Shown here one piece after another: positions 33,094-45,360 of a DNA stretch of 64,000 bases. The position numbers and the translations under genes were made by a program. The notes below the pieces were generated by a model. It saw nothing but the letters and a program-made list of their open reading frames with translations, searched no databases and was not told where the DNA came from. Position 1 is the stretch's first letter; each line of letters opens with the position of its first letter. The DNA is from the human T2T-CHM13v2.0 reference genome, Homo sapiens, in the NCBI RefSeq assembly GCF_009914755.1, contig NC_060932.1; one strand, given 5' to 3'.

Positions 33094-33728
33094 CTGTTGG
33101 GGAAATGTAATTAAAACAAGTATTTTCCCAAGTCAGAAATCCTCTCCACAAAGCTAATAGAGAAAGAAAAAGCTTGTATTATCGAATAAACATTAAGCCA
33201 AAATGTGGTGCACATCACAGGCAACCTAAGAGACTGAAGACCGAAAGAGATCTTACCTTTTTATGTAGCTAAACACATGCAACCTATTACATACATATTT
33301 TCAATATAATCAACAAGTAGTCCTCAAGTAAGAGGATTGACAGCACCATTTGTCATAGATCCTTCATTCTAACTGTTTCTGGTAATTGGGGTGACCATTT
33401 ATTTATGTTAGGTAATTGACTTTATGCAAAAGAAAAACAAACTTTTCATATTCTCATGAAAGGAGGTAGTTCTGCAATTTGGAATAAGCCTCCTGCCCCC
33501 ACTCTGCCTCCCCAGGTCCTTGAGAAAGACATTCCCAGGTCACAAAGCTGACAAAATGCCAATCTAGTCTTCAAGTGGATTCATATGTATTTAAAAAAGA
33601 AGATGAAGTAATTGCAATTCACAGTTTTCTAAAGTAAATCCCCAAATCAAAAGGAAGGGAGGGAAATCTCTTTCTTTATTTTCAATAGGGAGAATTAAGC
33701 CACCTGTTTTTAATTTGTATTTGTCCTT
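33094..33728 (-). mobile_element. ERV1 solo LTR, MER67-like
   Basis: cctctccacaaag...gcacatcacaggcaac...ggagaattaagcc...aatttgtatttgtcctt resembles reverse MER67 from memory. Confidence 0.55.
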
Positions 33729-34981
33729 GGAAGCACAAGGAAGAAAAATCAAGGCAGAAAAAGTGAGCAACCAGCCAGGAAGTCTAAAAGCTAGGGCTCA
33801 GGTTCAGGTTTCCTGCCTCCAACTCTGAAATCATTCTGTGTTTTTCTTCTAATTTTAGGTTTTTAGGGTTTTGTCTCATTTCTTTTTAAACAATAGTACA
33901 ATTGGCAGTGCCATTTAAGGACTGACTACTGAAGATTGATGGAAAGTTCCTCTTTTTTCACGCATTCTCTGGCAGTTAGAACCCTGTGCTCCACCTCCTG
34001 GTTGCTCCTCTAAAGCCCCTGCAGCCACATCAGGGCTTCTTCTATAACACAGTCTTCACACATGCAGAGATGCTTTAGCAGCAGACGGACCGTGTAACTT
34101 CTAACAATGAAATAAATGGTAATAAACAATTTGACAATGTGTAGAAGAATGTTTGAGCCCATATAAAATGAGGAGAGGAGAGAAGAAGAAATGAATATTA
34201 ACAGTGTAGATGGACGTGATTAATGAGAAACCAAACAGCCCTTTTTCCTCGGTCATCTAGTCTCACTCTTACAATGTGAATGATTTTTTAAAGACATATA
34301 AAATCATTTACAAAATTGGCAAATTCTATTACCTTTGTAAAAATGTATTTTTCCCTAGTCCATTAAAGTTTGAAAATACTTATTACAAATCATAAGCTAG
34401 AAGACTTTAGGTTATATAAATATTTTTAATGTTAATTATGAACAAGTTCTGCACGGTAGAAAAGTGGCTTATAGGTTTTTTAAGTGTTGGTTGGTTTTAA
34501 TTATATTAATTAGAAAATAATCTACAATTTCCTTATAAAACTTACATAAACTGTTTGGTGTCTTTGTGAGAGTAATTCTTCTGATGGAATTATAAGTACT
34601 AGAAGTGAAGCTAGATAGGCCTCCTTTTTCCATGTTTAGACAGAAGGCAAAAGGGAACACCACAAAGTCTCACTAGATTATCAGTTGGCTATGCATGATG
34701 AATGCTTCACACGAAAATTCATTATTTTAGAAGTTAATTAACTGTTAAACTTTCTAAATTTCTTTCTAGTGGAATTATAACATGATTGATAATTTATTTT
34801 TATTGGTATTTCCAAATATCACAATACTTAGGGATCTTCTTCCAACTCTGAGAGTTGACATCTATTTTGCTTATGTTTATTGTATGAAGGAATCAAAAGA
34901 CAAGGGGCTTGTTTGAAATAAGCGTATTACATTGGAGCTGAAACTGAGATGCCACATAGTTTATGTAGAGTTTGGGGGTGC

Positions 34982-35070
34982 TTTTTGTTTTTTATAATTT
35001 TAACTTTTGTTTTAGATGTAGGGGGTACCTGAGCAGGTCTGTTACCTGGGTATATTGCATGATGATGAGA
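34982..35070 (-). mobile_element. Very short older L1PA 3' end
   Basis: aacttttgttttagat...gggggtac...gcaggtctgttacctgggtatattgcatgatg. Confidence 0.65.
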
Positions 35071-35139
35071 GTTTATGTTTTAATATTTGTTTGACATTAT
35101 CTCCTCTTCCCACTCAGTCCTGAAGATTTCAGTGTTCAT

Positions 35140-35325
35140 TAGAAGCACTGGACTGGAAGTCAGGAAACCTGCAACTAAGTTGTGTATCTGCTACTACCTG
35201 CCCAAACTAATTAAGTGATTATAAAAAAAAATCAACCTCTTTAAGCCCCATTTTCTCATAGTAAAATGAAGGAGTTGAATTAAAACACCTCTTACTTTAT
35301 TTCCATTTCTAACATTCTGGGATTC
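35140..35325 (+). mobile_element. MIR
   Basis: gaagcactggactggaagtcaggaaacctg...ctcatagtaaaatgaaggagttgaat. Confidence 0.65.
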
Positions 35326-35694
35326 TGCTGTTTACTTCCCAATCCAGAGACTAAAGTCAGACATACATGCTTTATTGTTAAGTTAATACCTTTTTTCCTT
35401 CAAACTCGGTGCAGTGTCTTAAAGTATTCATGTCTTTTGACTAATTCCATCCTTTGAAGTATATCTAAGGAGATAATTTTAAATATTTTTAAAAACATTT
35501 TTAAAAAATTAAATTTTTCCAAGATGTTCTTTGCAGTTTTATTTATAATAGTGAGTAATTTATTTATAATAGTGAGTAATCTGATCCAACCAAAATATTA
35601 AGCAGTAATGGGTATGGTGCACCTATTAGATGAAATGTTCACAAAGTGTTAATAATGACATGAAAAAACTTAGCATTTGATTAGAGAAAAAAAC

Positions 35695-36740
35695 ATTTTA
35701 AGTTCTGGGATACATGTACAGGACGTGCAGGTTTGTTACATAGGTAAATGTGTGCCATGGTAGTTTGCTGCACCTATCAACCCATCACCTAGGTATTAAG
35801 CCCAGCATGCATTACCTATTTATTCTGATGCTCTCCCTCTCCCCACCTCACCGCCCATAGGCCCGAGTGTGTTTTGTTCCCCACCTGTATCCATGTGTTC
35901 TCATTGTTCAGCTCCCACTTGTAAGTGAGAACATGTGGTATTTGGTTTTCTGTTCCTGTGTTAGTTTGCTGAGGATAATGACTTCTAGCTCCATCCATGT
36001 CCCTGCAAAGGATATGATCTCATTTTTTTATGGCAGCATAGTATTCCACAGTATACGTATACCACATTTCTTTTATCTAGTCTATCATTAATGGGCATTT
36101 GGTTTGATTCCATGTATTTGCTATTGTGAATGGTGCTGCAATGAACATATGTGTGCATGTATCCTTATAATAGAACGATTTCTATTCCTTTGGGTATATA
36201 CCTAGTAATGGGGTTGCTGGGTCAAATAGTATTTCTGGTTCCAGGTCTTTGAGGAATCGCCACACTGTCTTCCATGATGTTTGAACTAATTTACATTCCC
36301 ACCAACAGTGTAAAAGAGTTCTTATTTCTCCACAGCCTCGCCAGCATCTGTTGTTTCTTGTTTTTTTAATAACTGCCATTCTGACTGGCATGAGATGATA
36401 TCTCATTGTGGTTTTGATTTGCATTTCTCTAATGACCAGTGATGATGAGCTTTATTCCATGTGTTCGCTGGCTGCATAAATGTCTTCTTTTGAGAAGTGT
36501 CTGTTCATGTCCTTTACCTACTTTTTAATAGAGTTGTTTGTTTTTTTCTTGTAAATTTGTTTAAGTTCCTTGTAGATTCTAGATATTAGACCTTTGTCAG
36601 ATGGTTAGATTGCAAAAATTTTCTCCCATTCTGTAAGTTGTCTGTTCACTCTGATAATAGTTGCTTTTGCTGTGCAGAAAATCTTTAGTTTTATGAGAAC
36701 CCATTTGTCAATTTTGGCTTTTGCTGTGATTGCTTTTGGT
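35695..36740 (-). mobile_element. L1PA 5'-truncated 3' fragment (~1.05 kb)
   Basis: ttttaagttctgggatacatgt...; ORF2 C-terminal translation in ORF 36182..36424. Confidence 0.9.
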
Positions 36741-36872
36741 TAAAAGGAATTATATAAACATCATGACCAAAACTACTTAACAAATAAAATATATGCAGAG
36801 AAAAAAATAGAGCAAAATATTAACTGTAATTTTCTTTGTATGGTGGGAATATAGATAAATTTTTCTTTAAGC

Positions 36873-38238
36873 TTTTTTAAAAATTATACTTCAAGTTCTG
36901 TGATACATGTGCAGAACATGCAGGTTTGTTACATAGGTATACACATGCTATGGTGGTTTGCTGCACCCATCAACCCGTCATCTACATTAGGTATTTCTCC
37001 TAATGCAATCCCTCCCCTAGCCCCCCACCCCCAAACAGACCCCGGCGTGTGATGTTCCCCTCTCTGTGTCCATGTGTTCTCATTGTCCAACTCCCACTTA
37101 TGAGTGAGAACATGCGGTGTTTGGTTTTCTGTTCCTGTGTTAGTTTGATGAGAATGATGGTTTCCAGCTTCATCCATGTCCCTGCAAAGGACATGAACTC
37201 ATCTTTTTTATGGCTGCATAGTATTCCATTGTGTATATGTGCCACATTATCTTTGTCCAGTATTACTGGATTCAGTATTACTGAAGGGCATTTGGGTTGG
37301 TTCCAAGTCTTTGCTATTGTGAACAGTGCTGCAGTAAACATACATGCGCATGTGTCTTTATAGTAGAATGATTTATAATCCTTTGGGTATATCCCCAGTA
37401 ATGGGATTGCTGAGTCAAATGATATTTCTGGTTCTAGATCCTTGAGGAATTGCCACACTGTCTTCCACAATGGTTGAACTAATTTACACTCCCACCAACA
37501 GTGTAAAAGTGTTTCTATTTCTCCACATCCTCTCCAGTATCTGTTGTTTCCTGACATTTTAATGATCGCCATTCTAACTGGTGTGAGATGGTGTCTCATT
37601 GTGGTTTTGATTTGCATTTCTCTAATGACCAGTGATGGTGAGCTTTGTTTCATATGTCTGTTGGCCACATAAATGTCTTCTTTTGAGAAGTGTCTGTTCA
37701 TATCCTTTGCCCACTTTTTGATGGGGTTGTTTTTTTCTTGTAAATTTGTTTAAGTTCTTTGTAGATTCTGGATATTAGCCCATTGTCAGATGAGTAGATT
37801 GCAAAAATTTTCCCCCATTCTGTAGGTTGCCTGTTACCTCTGATGATAGTTTCTTTAGCTGTGCAGAAGCTCTTTAGTTTAGTTAGATCCCATTTGTTAA
37901 TGTTGGCTTTTGTTGCCATTGCTTTTGGTGTTTTAATCATGCAGTCTTTGCCCATGTCTATGTCCTGAATGGTATTGCCTAGTTTTTCTCCTAGGGTTTT
38001 TATGGTTTTAGGTCTTATGTTTAAGTCTTTAATCCATCTTGAGTCAGTTTTTGTATAAGGTGTAAGGAAGGGGTCCAAAACAGCATGGTACTGGTACCAA
38101 AACAGATATATAGGCCAATGGAACAGAACAGATGTCTACAACCATATGATCTTTGACAAACCTGACAAAAACAAGCCATCGGGAAAGGATTCCCTATTTA
38201 ATAAATGACGTCGAGAAAACTGGCTACCCATATGCAGA
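36873..38238 (-). mobile_element. L1PA with 5' inversion (antisense 36873-38077, sense 38078-38238)
   Basis: ORF2 C-terminus in ORFs 37000..37701 and 37698..38078; orientation switch at ggggtcc|aaaacagcatggtac; degenerate TSD agataa(t)atttttctt. Confidence 0.9.
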
Positions 38239-39435
38239 TAATATTTTTCTTATAACTTTAATACATAATGCAATTTTTCTTTAAAGAGAATTTTATAACC
38301 AAAAAATGATGTATTTTAAAATTAGACATTTTCAGTGAAAAATGACAAACACCATACAAATGACTCATGCAGGCAATAGTGAAGGTTTTGGGAGGTGGGG
38401 CTGGTGTTAAGCAAAGCCAGTGAAACACATACAGCACTTAATCTTTAGTACTAGACTGCTTTAGTCTCCATGGTTATTAGAAAAGTTAATTTTCTAAAAG
38501 GGCAACTTCATTAACATTAGTCTCACAGTTCAGCGCAGTCCAGTGACCCTGTGTGGAGGCATAGTTCCTACTAGAGCTAACTGCAGGAAGTGGCCTATCA
38601 GTCAGCCCAGGCCAGGACAGAATGCCGAGTTCAGTATGCAGAGCGAAGGGCAAGGAGCAGGATATGGGGGCCAGGAGAGCAGCTGAAGTCGTCTAATCTT
38701 CAAAAAGAAAAAAGTCAAAATATCTGAGCCTTTAAGTGGTGCAGTGGAATGAGCAATCAGGAATGTGTGCTAAAGGCAGTTCTTATGACTGCAGATTAGT
38801 GAGCAGGTAGGAAGACAATTGTGCCTGCCTAATAATAACTGCCCCCTGGTATTTAAAGCTGTAATTCAGCTGCTTTGCTGCTGCTTTGAAAGGACATAGC
38901 GTGTGTGAGCTAAAAGAGTAACGGAATAAAGTCCAGGTTGTAGCCTTAGTATGCAGAGCGTGGGACATGACAGAAAAACAGGAGACACATGATGTATTCC
39001 TAACTCAGAGAATCTATCATCAATGCAGAGCAACAAATGGTAATGAGTCTGAGTTCAGTAAATGTATCAGAATGTACTTTTTAAGAATGTGATACACCAA
39101 CCAATAGCTGAGTTTGAAAAGGAAACAGAAGATGACCCACAAATTACAGATAATCAAGAGTGAAAAAGCATTTTGAGTTGAATTACTTAGCAATTGTTAA
39201 AGGTAGTTTAAATGCTATCTTACTAAAACTATCTACAACATCAGTGGCAAAGACACTTATGATACTGTGAGAATTCAGGAAGAATTTAAATGGAATTGTA
39301 ACATAATTTTATGATTTGTTGAAGATTATCTTTTTCTCATTTTTTTCCTTACTCTTTGTTACTCCAACTCAATATAGCAAATCTCATGTTTAGAGGATCG
39401 AAAAAAAAACATTATATGATCTCATTGAAAATATG

Positions 39436-39730
39436 GGCTGGGTGCGGTGGTTCACACCTATAATCCCAGTACTTCGGGAGGCTAAAGCAGGCAGATTACT
39501 TGAGCCCAGGAGTTCGAGACCAGCTTGGGCAACATGGTGAAACCCCATCTTTACAAAAAATACAAAAATTAGTCGGGTGTGGTCATGTACACTTGTAGTC
39601 CCAGCTACTCAGAAGGCTGAGGTGGGAGGATCACTTGAGCCTACTTGCAGTTTGAAGCTCCATGAGCTGTAATCACTCCAGCCAGAGCCACAGAGTGAGA
39701 CCCTGTTTCAAAAAAGAAAAAGAATAAAAG
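39436..39730 (+). mobile_element. AluJ
   Basis: ttgagcccaggagttcgagacc...ggaggatcacttgagcc; flanking gaaa(a)tatg repeated. Confidence 0.9.
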
Positions 39731-40403
39731 AAATATGAACTAAATTGAGTATAGAAAAGTTGCAATATTTGGCATTAGAAAATAAAGATATTATGAAAGA
39801 AATAAGTAATATCAGGTATCCATTTTAACTGAAAAAGCAAATGTATTATGTTTTTAAATGTAATGCTAATGAAATAAAAGCAAGAAAGACTAGTCTTAGG
39901 GGTAGGTGAAGCACATATAGACAGGCAGTTAGTAGTCTCACTGGAGTGAGTTGCCATCTGGGGAGCCAGTCAGTGTGTTACAAGTTTCTTGGTCATACAA
40001 TAAAGTCCAGAACAAAGCTCCAGTCCTGGAATGTTAATTGAAAAAAGCAGGGCAAGCTAGTCAGCTGGTCTTCATGAGGGATTGTGGGGTGGCAGCCATT
40101 AGAACTTAAGAGCCAAGACAGCCAAATTTTAGGGACAAACCAAATTGGTGGCAAGAGAGATGAAACGCAAAATAAATATTTCACATACGGTCAGCCCTGA
40201 GGGTCTATGTAGGAACAATGGAGACTTGCAAAAGAATTTCTAATCCCAGCATTTGGAGCAGATCATGGGATCTGAAGCCTGGAGGGATGACTTACCTCTT
40301 AGCTTCTATGAACAGAGTTTGCCCAAAGACTGACCAAATTCAGCCTATATTAAAGATTCTTAATGGATCTGGTGCAGAAGGAAACATAAATTTGTGGATG
40401 TAG

Positions 40404-41620
40404 TCATTTATTCATCAATTAACTATTAAGCACCCACTGGACATTTTTCTGGGTACCAAGGATATCCCAGTTAATGCTACAAGAAAATCTTTAGCTGAAT
40501 TAAATGTAAAAGAATTTAATTGAGCAAAAAACGATTTGCAAATTGGGCAGTGTCTCAAGCCAGAGTACATTCAGAGATTCCAGTGCAGTTACATTGTGGA
40601 AGAAGATTCATGGAAAAAAAAGAGAAAGTGATGTACAGAAAATAGAAGTGAGATCCAGAAGTAGCGGATTGGTTACAGCTTCACATCTGCCTTATTTGAA
40701 CATGGTTTGAACAGTTGACCACCTTTGATTGGCCAGAACTTGGTGATTGCCACAAGAGTAAGCTACGGTCTGTTTACAATTTCATTTAGGTTATAATTCA
40801 CCGTGTACTGAGAAACCTTTAGGCTGAACTTAAAATATGTAAAGAGGCAACTTTAGGCTAAATTTGATTTATGACAAAGTAGACAAAAATCTCTGTCCTT
40901 GCCTTCAAGTTTGAGGTAACTAAAGACAAACAAAAGCAAACTAATTATAAATTAGAAGGTAGTAGATGTTATAGAAAAAAATTAAGCTAGAAGATTTTGG
41001 AAGTAGGAAGATGACAAGTACTGCAATTTTTTATAGGGTGCTCAATGAAGGCTCAGCTGAGAACATGACATTTGAGCAGCCGTGAAGGGGGTGATGAGCA
41101 GGCAAAGTGATGCCTGGGGAAAAGCATTCTAGGTAGGGGAACTTTGCTAGCAAAGGCCCTAAAGCAGAAGCATTCTCATGTGTTTTAAAAAGCAAGGATG
41201 CCAATGTTTCTAGAGAAAACTCACAAAACTTTGGGCAAGGAGGAAATGAGAGGAATAATGGCAGAGATGTAAATGGAGGCACCAAATGATGTAAAAGCCT
41301 CACAGGCCTTTGAAGCACTTTGGGTTTCACTCTGAGTAAAATAAAGAGCTTTTGGAAGGTTTTAAGCAGAAGAGTACCATGACAGAACTTAAATTCTGAA
41401 AAGTCCCATTAGCCATATGTTGACAATGGATTGTGGAGTGTTAGGGTAGAATGTGGGAGACCAGGCAGGAGATGGTGATGTGGTTAAACGGTAGCAACTG
41501 AGATGTCAAATAAAAATGGTTATGTTACTGATTGATTTTGAAAGTAGTGCCAACAAGTTTATTAACAAATTGGAAGTGGACTGTGAAAGAAAGAATGGAG
41601 TTGAGGATAAACACATTATC
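40404..41620 (-). mobile_element. L2 fragment interrupted by MER57
   Basis: tcatttattcatcaattaactattaagcacc tail; ttttaagcagaagagtaccatgacaga and other L2 motifs. Confidence 0.7.
40475..40876 (-). mobile_element. MER57-type ERV1 solo LTR
   Basis: gagaaacctttaggctgaacttaaaatatgtaa...ctttaggctaaa and two ATTGG boxes match reverse MER57. Confidence 0.8.
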
Positions 41621-41744
41621 TGCTGCTACGTAGCAAGATTTATTAACTTAAAAAAAAACATTTTTGTCATATTCAGCGATGTGGGCTGAGTTCAGTCAAA
41701 TAGTTCTGCTCTGTGTGTCCCAGATTGCTTTGGCACTAACAGAG

Positions 41745-42513
41745 TGAAACAGGAGAGTTCCCTGTTTCCCCCCCGGCAGGATGTGACAGGGTGTGTCTCC
41801 TTCTGTCTGTTCAGCCACCGTATGTGTGCACTCAAACCCCTTAAGGGAGGGGGAGCATGCAAACAGGCAGGTGCAGAAGCCAAAGCAAGCACCCCTGGTC
41901 TCTGGCCCCAGGCCAGCATCCAGGGAAGGGAGCTGAGACTCCCAAAGCCCAAGTGGACATGTGTTACAGTGCACTCCTTTAGCCTTGCCATCTGAAGACA
42001 GCTTAAGTGTTAACTAGCTCAGTACCCTCTTGGTACCCGGGTCCTTGTCCAGCATCCAGGAAGAATCAGGTCACACACAGACTTGAAAGATGAATGCGGG
42101 GTTTTGTTGAGTCCTGGAGGTGGCTCTCAGTGGGATGGATGGGGAGATGGAAGGGGGATGGAGTGGGAAGATGATCTTCCCCTGGAGTTTGGCCACCCAG
42201 CGGCCAATCTCCTTTCCAACTGTCCCCAGCCAAACTCCTCTTGGTGTACGGACACTTCTTCTCTTCTCTCTGCTGCACCGTTCTGCCTTTCTTCTGCTCT
42301 TCTGTTTGTCCTCTCATCTCCCCCTGGAGCTGGTGGTTTGGAGTTTACATGGGTACAGGATAGGGGGCGTTGCAGGCCAAAAGGCAAATTTGGGCATGAA
42401 AACAGGAATGCCTTTTCTCATTTAGGGCCACGGGTTTCCAGGCTTAAGGGTGGGCCCTTCGCTGGGGAACCACCTTCTTCGACCCAGTACTCCCGTGTGT
42501 TCTGTCCATATCA
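41745..42513 (-). mobile_element. LTR1-family ERV1 solo LTR, nested in an MLT1 LTR (~41670-42800)
   Basis: TG...CA ends; reverse strand starts tgatatggacag...gtactggg...ggttcccc...aagcctggaaacccgtggccctaaatgaga; near-TSD agag/acag. Confidence 0.8.
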
Positions 42514-42819
42514 ACAGCATGTAAGGTTGGAAGCTGAGGTTGGCAGGAATGGCTGTGGTGGCTGAGCCTTTTTCTTCACATAGTCTCTCCCTGGGGCCAG
42601 CTTAGGTTTTATCACATTATGGTAGTCTCAAAGCAGTTAGAGTTTGTATATGATGACTGACTTCAAGAGAGAGGAAGAAGCTGTTTGTACTCTTCAAACC
42701 TGGATTGCAAGTTCCAGAATGTCCCATCTGCCACATCACATTCTTTGTATAAGAGCAAGTCACAAGGAAATAGATTCCACCTCTTGATGGGTGAGGGGAA
42801 GAAACTGATGATAGCCAGA

Positions 42820-43330
42820 CTGTCTACCAGAGATGTCTCCAAGGTTTTTGGACCAAGCAACTGGACATATGAAGTTGCAGTTAAGTGTGATGGGAAAGAC
42901 TGACAGAAGTTAGAGTAGGCCAAGGTGGGTGGTGAGTAAAGATATCATATAGGCAATTGAATATCTAATCTGGAGTTCAGGGGAGAGATCTGGACTGAAT
43001 GTGCCTATTTGTGAGTCATCAGTATATAGATGGTATTCAAAGCCACAAGACTGGGTGAGAACAGAAAGGGGATAAGAAAAGATAGAAAAGAGAAGAATTC
43101 CAAGGACTGAGCTCTACAACACTCTCAAATTTGAAGTCAAGAACCAGCAAAGGTGACTGGGAGGAAGCAACTAGTGAGGTAGTTAGGCTGGGTGGTATGA
43201 AACTCAGGGAAGAAGATGTTTCAAGAAGAATTAATCAATTGGGTCAACTGCTCTTCAAAGTTCATGTTAACTAATAATTCATCATTGAACTTAGCATTGT
43301 GGAGACCATTCGAGACATTGACAAAAACAA
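42820..43330 (-). mobile_element. L2 fragment
   Basis: tggagttcaggggagagatctggactg...gagtcatcagtatatagatggtattcaaagcca. Confidence 0.75.
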
Positions 43331-45159
43331 ACAAGACTTTGAATCCATCGGGTTTGGTGTTATGGCTTGATCCTGCACAATTATCTCAGAGAGCATTCCA
43401 GGAGGGGATGTAGAATTATAAACCTACATCAGTATAAGATAGATACAGCTCTATAGAGTGGGAGGGATTCTAATGTGAAGCCAAAATGCAGCCTTGCCAG
43501 TCACTTGGAGCTTCCAACACAATCCAGGAGTAGATAATATTCAATAATCCAGGTAGGTGACTGGTATCACACAATTTTGTCAACCTGTGGCAGTTTAAAT
43601 AATTACATTCTAAAATTAAGTGCCAAGATTTAATGCCTTCAGAGAACAAGGGTCCAGGGGAGGGTGGGAAAGCTTGGTTAGAGAGGGGCTGTGGTTACCA
43701 AAACAAAAACTCAGACAAGAAATTAACCAGCCAGACCAGTATGTGACTGGGAAGAGGGAAGAAACACAGCTAAGCAAAACACACGTAAAAATGAGTTGTA
43801 GTTCACCAAGTCTATGTCAGACATTAGCTATGACTTGGTCTGAATGAGTTTCAAATGTTTTATTAAGAGAAAGGATCAGAGATGGTGAGGTTGAAGCTGG
43901 GACCTGATGGGTATGAGACTGTGGGGCACAGGTGAAGAGTATGGAATGGATGGGGGGCAGCAGGGAGATACATGGAAGGACACACAAGTCAGCTGCTCCT
44001 CCCAACCTACTAGGCCAGGGCCTTGAAAATACATAGATCATGTCATTTAGCACCATTTACACTCTGCACAACTTATTAGGATGGGCGATCAAAAGACTAC
44101 AGAGTATTGACTCTTATATCTTCATCTTAAAGTGGAGTAAAAGATAAATGGCATCGGCATTCTGCAAAGAGCAGGACTGAGGATGAAGATCTGAAACTGG
44201 ATAACTCTGACTGATTACCTCCTTCCCCAGGCTGCACTCTTGACAGAAGGCACAGTTTCTCTGTAGGATTTAACAGCCATTAGCAAGCAACTAAGACAAT
44301 TGAAAGAGACAGCTGAGCAGCCACATGCTAGTTTTTCTTAAATTTACTTCCCTTTACAAGTCTGGAACTGAGATGAGCAAATCTTGCTACATGAAAATAA
44401 TTAAGTTTGAAAGTATTTCTTTTCAGAAAATCATTTTTCTTAATAGAAACATCTGCAGAATTGTGTGGACTCCCTTCCAGTGTGAGGAGCAGTAAAGTTA
44501 ATCCTGTAATCATATTGGAGAAAGGATGAGACCCCACTCTTTACCCTAACCAAATATCTTCCAGCACCATCCTCACTGCTGCCCCCAAAGCTGTTGGAGC
44601 ATTTCAATTATCCTAGGAGAATCTGCCAGTGGTTAATGATCTTTCTTGCCAGGAGGTTCTTTATCCTTCACCTCCATTCCTGTTGCTACAGTTCATTCCT
44701 CCCTGTAGAATTATGAAAGAACATTACAGTCCATCCGAGGGAGATGAGCCCTGCAGCCTTAATTTCCAATGTGGCAAAAGTCATGAGTCTGAGTGTCAGA
44801 ACTGCCACAGAGATTCTTGGTTGATACCACAGCCATCCATTAACCTGTCCCTGGAGTTAGCAGCCCAGATGGTGGTAACTGCAAATGAAACTTACCAAGG
44901 GGCTTGATGATAGCCCTAAGCAGAGATTTCAGTTGCAGAGATTTCAGTTGAGCATGAAAGCCTTTGAAAAAGATATCACAGGAAATAGAGGGGAAAGCTG
45001 CATTTTACTCCAGAGAAATTGATTCTATATAGGAAAATCCCATAGGAATGAAGGAGCCTGGCTGTCTCCTCAACCTTGTAGGTAAATATGATGTTCTTCT
45101 AATGATCAACAAATAAAGTATTAGAAAATAGTATAAATATTCTAAAATATTAAGACTCA

Positions 45160-45360
45160 ATGTCTTAATCAGACTGCCTGAGTTATCACCCTGCTCTATG
45201 TCTTCCTAGCTCTAAGAGCCTGAGAAAGTTTACTGATTCCTTTTTATCTCTGTTTTTGTCATTTATAAAATAGACATGATAATGATGTCAACTTCACAAG
45301 AAAGTTATGAGGATTAAATATGTGAAAATGCTTAAAATAGAGTGTCAAATTCTAAATATT
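45160..45360 (+). mobile_element. MIR
   Basis: cagactgcctgagtt...tataaaatagacatgataat...gaggattaaat. Confidence 0.65.

Noticed and set aside
34072-34092. REST/NRSE-like ttagcagcagacggacc
   Set aside because: Spacing and several key positions deviate from TCAGCACCnnGGACAG.
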